Assembly: GCA_043732705.1 (NCBI GenBank)
Contig: JAYTHE010000040.1
Coordinates: 3,250-67,249, forward strand
DNA: 64,000 nucleotides
Direction: 5' to 3'
From: Candidatus Omnitrophota bacterium
GTDB taxonomy: Bacteria; Omnitrophota; Omnitrophia; Omnitrophales; Aquincolibacteriaceae
Part shown: positions 61,919-64,000 of the stretch, in pieces
How positions within the stretch are numbered: position 1 is the stretch's first letter
Layout of the letters: every line of letters starts with the position of its first letter
Made by a program: the position numbers and the translations under genes
Notes under the pieces: model-generated
Seen by the model: the letters and a program-made list of their open reading frames with translations, nothing else
Databases searched by the model: none
What the model was told of the DNA's origin: nothing

Positions 61919-62052
61919 GTACAGTCCAGCCATAGGCAGTTTCCCCATGGCTGCTCATTCATAAGCGGGCGTTTGTTCTAAGTCCTCTTTATAATTTCGT
62001 CATTTTGCGATATATCTCTGATGCCTAAATATGCTAATATTGCATATATATT

Positions 62053-62877
62053 ATGAATATAATGTTAAAGTGGGTTTTGACTTCAGCCGGGATTGTCACA
62101 GGTGCCGTCGCCGCCCAACATACCGGCTTCTGTTTTGAGGGTTGGACACCGGTTTTATGCGGTGCAGGGTTTGCATTGCTTTTAATTTCCGGAAATTTAA
62201 AAACTAGACTCATTTTTATTTTTGTCTTCGCGTTTCTTTATGGCTTGTCGGCTGTTGCTCTCGATCGTGATCATTTCACGCATGTTGCGTGGCGCAGCCC
62301 CAAAAAAATAATTATTTTAAGCGGAGAAGTGACTTCCTTTCCGGAAAGAGCAGGGCCACAATGGAAATGGGAATTTAAAGTGTATGAGTTCAGAATGGAA
62401 GCAGGTGAGTGGCGCAAAGCAGCCGGGCGCGTTGAGGTTTCAGTTCCGGCGGTCGAAATTCCGCCGCTGATCGGGGACAAGCTCATTATCAAAGGCCAGA
62501 TTCAGTTTCCCGCCGAGGATAGTCCGGGAGCCTCTTGGAAGCGCCGTCGGTTTTTTCTGAATAATATTCAAGCAGAGATTCGCGTTAAAAAATTCGGTGA
62601 CATTGTTTTTACGGGTTGGAATCCGTGGTTCTTTCCTCTGCGAAACTTGCAATTGATTCGAGAATTGGGAAGCGCTCAAATCGAAAAGCTTTATTCCGTC
62701 GAACAAAGTGCGGTGATCTGCGCATTGCTGTTGGGGCTGCGCATGCCCGATCCAAAACTGCGCATGGTTTTCTCCAAAACCGGGACATCGCAGGTACTTG
62801 CAGGAGCCAACAGGGGAATTTTTGACAGCGCATTTTCAAGTCACTTTACCGCCACGGCATTTACTAAAACCTATTAA
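62053..62877 (+). CDS. ComEC/Rec2 N-terminal (DUF4131-like) fragment; truncated relative to full-length ComEC
   Basis: N-terminal transmembrane helices, an OB-like middle, and ...VFSKTGTSQVLAG... resembling the start of the competence domain (TGTSHLLAISG). The ORF ends after 274 aa, whereas typical ComEC exceeds 700 aa. Confidence 0.4.
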   Translation: MNIMLKWVLTSAGIVTGAVAAQHTGFCFEGWTPVLCGAGFALLLISGNLKTRLIFIFVFAFLYGLSAVALDRDHFTHVAWRSPKKIIILSGEVTSFPERAGPQWKWEFKVYEFRMEAGEWRKAAGRVEVSVPAVEIPPLIGDKLIIKGQIQFPAEDSPGASWKRRRFFLNNIQAEIRVKKFGDIVFTGWNPWFFPLRNLQLIRELGSAQIEKLYSVEQSAVICALLLGLRMPDPKLRMVFSKTGTSQVLAGANRGIFDSAFSSHFTATAFTKTY

Positions 62878-63058
62878 GAGGAAAGGGGTTAGAACAAATT
62901 TAGGAAACAAAAACAATGTGGTTCATGCCTACTTTGGACTTCCTCAAGAAGTGTGGAAAAGTCTCGAAAATAGGGTCAAAAATGGCCCTAAAAGCCGTTC
63001 TCATATTTCTCGAGAATCGCTAGATTTATACTTTTTTAAGTTGAAAAAGGCGCGACCG

Positions 63059-63232
63059 ATGAGAACTCTTCAAACATGCGAAAAAAGCTCTCCGGTTGGC
63101 CTTAAAACAATTTCTGTAACGATCCGCAAGGATCAAGACCAGTTGCTAAGAATCTTTGCGGAAAAGACTGGTAAAAACATAAGCCAGTTAGGGAGAGAGG
63201 CCTTAGAGGCATACCTTGAAACCAAACTATAG
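63059..63232 (+). CDS. Ribbon-helix-helix (CopG/antitoxin-like) small DNA-binding protein
   Basis: ...KTISVTIRKDQDQLLRIFAEKTGKNISQLGREALEAYLE... has the beta-strand, helix, helix pattern of RHH proteins. It may start further upstream at GTG 62918. Confidence 0.4.
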   Translation: MRTLQTCEKSSPVGLKTISVTIRKDQDQLLRIFAEKTGKNISQLGREALEAYLETKL

Positions 63233-63448
63233 GACAAAAGGTGCCCAATTATATTGAACTTACGCTATTTTTTGGTCCAGATTCCCCAGACGCTATAGGG
63301 TTCACAAGGGGATGCTAGTTCTGGTGAAAAAATTAAATAAATACTCATTTATTTTTGCGGAGCAGATTGATCATCTGAAAAGCATATCAACTGCGACACA
63401 ATTTTGAATTAAATCATAAGATTTTCAGCTTGATTGAGGTTGGTATGA

Positions 63449-63769
63449 ATGCTATCGTTTCTGCAAATGATTAAGCATAAATTCCCAATAACAATTTTAG
63501 CCATTGTGATCTTGGTGGGCATTGTTAATTCTGTTGTGATTGAGCCTGCTATTTGTCTTGCACATGAAGACGCCGTTTCTCAGCAACAGCAAAACGATCC
63601 ATGCTGTGTAATTTGCCATCCTATGTATCATCAGGCAATCATGCCCTCGGCTGTTAGTCCCATTTTTACGATGACTCATTTTGTTAACTCTGAAAGACAA
63701 CCTAAGTTTTTTCTTTTAGAAGTACCGACCCGCTCAATCTTTCACCCCCCTTTGCGTTTTAGTTTTTGA
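63449..63769 (+). CDS. Small membrane-anchored Cys/His-rich protein, possibly a metal-binding accessory of the downstream efflux system
   Basis: N-terminal transmembrane helix, then ...AHEDAVSQQQQNDPCCVICHPMYHQAIMP...; it lies immediately upstream of a TolC-like gene. Confidence 0.3.
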   Translation: MLSFLQMIKHKFPITILAIVILVGIVNSVVIEPAICLAHEDAVSQQQQNDPCCVICHPMYHQAIMPSAVSPIFTMTHFVNSERQPKFFLLEVPTRSIFHPPLRFSF

Positions 63770-63828
63770 CGCGGCCCGTCTGTCTGTTTGCGGTTTTTAG
63801 CCATTTCTTTAACGTTTAAAAATTGACC

Positions 63829-64000
63829 ATGAAAAAACTCTTTTTTACATTTTCCGTTTTGCTTTTATTTGGAGTGTCCACTGCTCTCGCCATGCAAGCG
63901 GCGAATCAGCAGGATTTGTCTCTTTATCAGGCGTTGCGCATTGCTTTTTCCCATAACCCGAAAATGATGGAAGCGCGTAAAGAAATTGATGCTTCAAAAG
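63829..64000 (+). CDS. Outer-membrane efflux protein (TolC/CzcC family), N-terminal part; the 3' end lies outside the window
   Basis: Signal peptide MKKLFFTFSVLLLFGVSTALA followed by ...LSLYQALRIAFSHNPKMMEARKEIDASK, the typical start of OEP/TolC family proteins. Confidence 0.5.
   Translation, partial: MKKLFFTFSVLLLFGVSTALAMQAANQQDLSLYQALRIAFSHNPKMMEARKEIDASK

Overview
This is a 64 kb chromosomal segment from a Gram-negative (diderm) bacterium, judged by the presence of lpxA. It is gene-dense and almost entirely +-strand. Housekeeping genes I could assign from the translated ORFs include uppP, an acyl-CoA dehydrogenase, a sulfite/nitrite reductase hemoprotein, an Nfu-type Fe-S scaffold, scpA-scpB, a pheA-hisC-tyrA aromatic amino acid block, rpsA, fabF, tyrS, an ABC-2 exporter with a GldG-like partner, yggS-proC-yggT, a purine nucleoside phosphorylase, ileS, a histidine kinase / response regulator / HD-GYP trio, a DksA-like protein, lspA, rluD, a futalosine-type menaquinone cluster (UbiA-like, UbiX-like, MqnA-like and MqnC/E-like genes plus ubiE), a RidA-family protein, a CPBP protease, a cysteine desulfurase, mrp/apbC and glpX. 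The dominant feature is one uninterrupted 13.8 kb ORF (16854-30635, 4593 aa). It carries a signal peptide and several membrane segments, and it embeds an acyl-carrier-protein-like domain and a UDP-sugar-pyrophosphorylase-like domain. It is punctuated about 19 times by an in-frame R-S-E-hydrophobic-R pentapeptide, most copies with the same codons (CGC TCC GAA). I consider this giant modular protein and its periodic motif the most novel item in the window. Other observations: families of short structured elements just downstream of +-strand stop codons; a perfect 22-bp inverted repeat that buries the Shine-Dalgarno sequence and ATG of the gldG-like gene; a CCGGTCT heptamer array in the 3' tail of lpxA; an lspA reading frame with no canonical start codon; and a small accessory islet (YqaJ-like exonuclease, DUF45, YaiI, DUF1653, IS110 transposase remnant, ExeA/GspB-like pair, truncated ComEC, RHH protein). 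I found no rRNA, tRNA or CRISPR array. The gene content (LPS, futalosine pathway, GldG, a giant gene) is compatible with an uncultivated lineage such as Omnitrophota, but that is inference only. All functional calls rest on my recognition of protein motifs in the ORF track; no database search was run.
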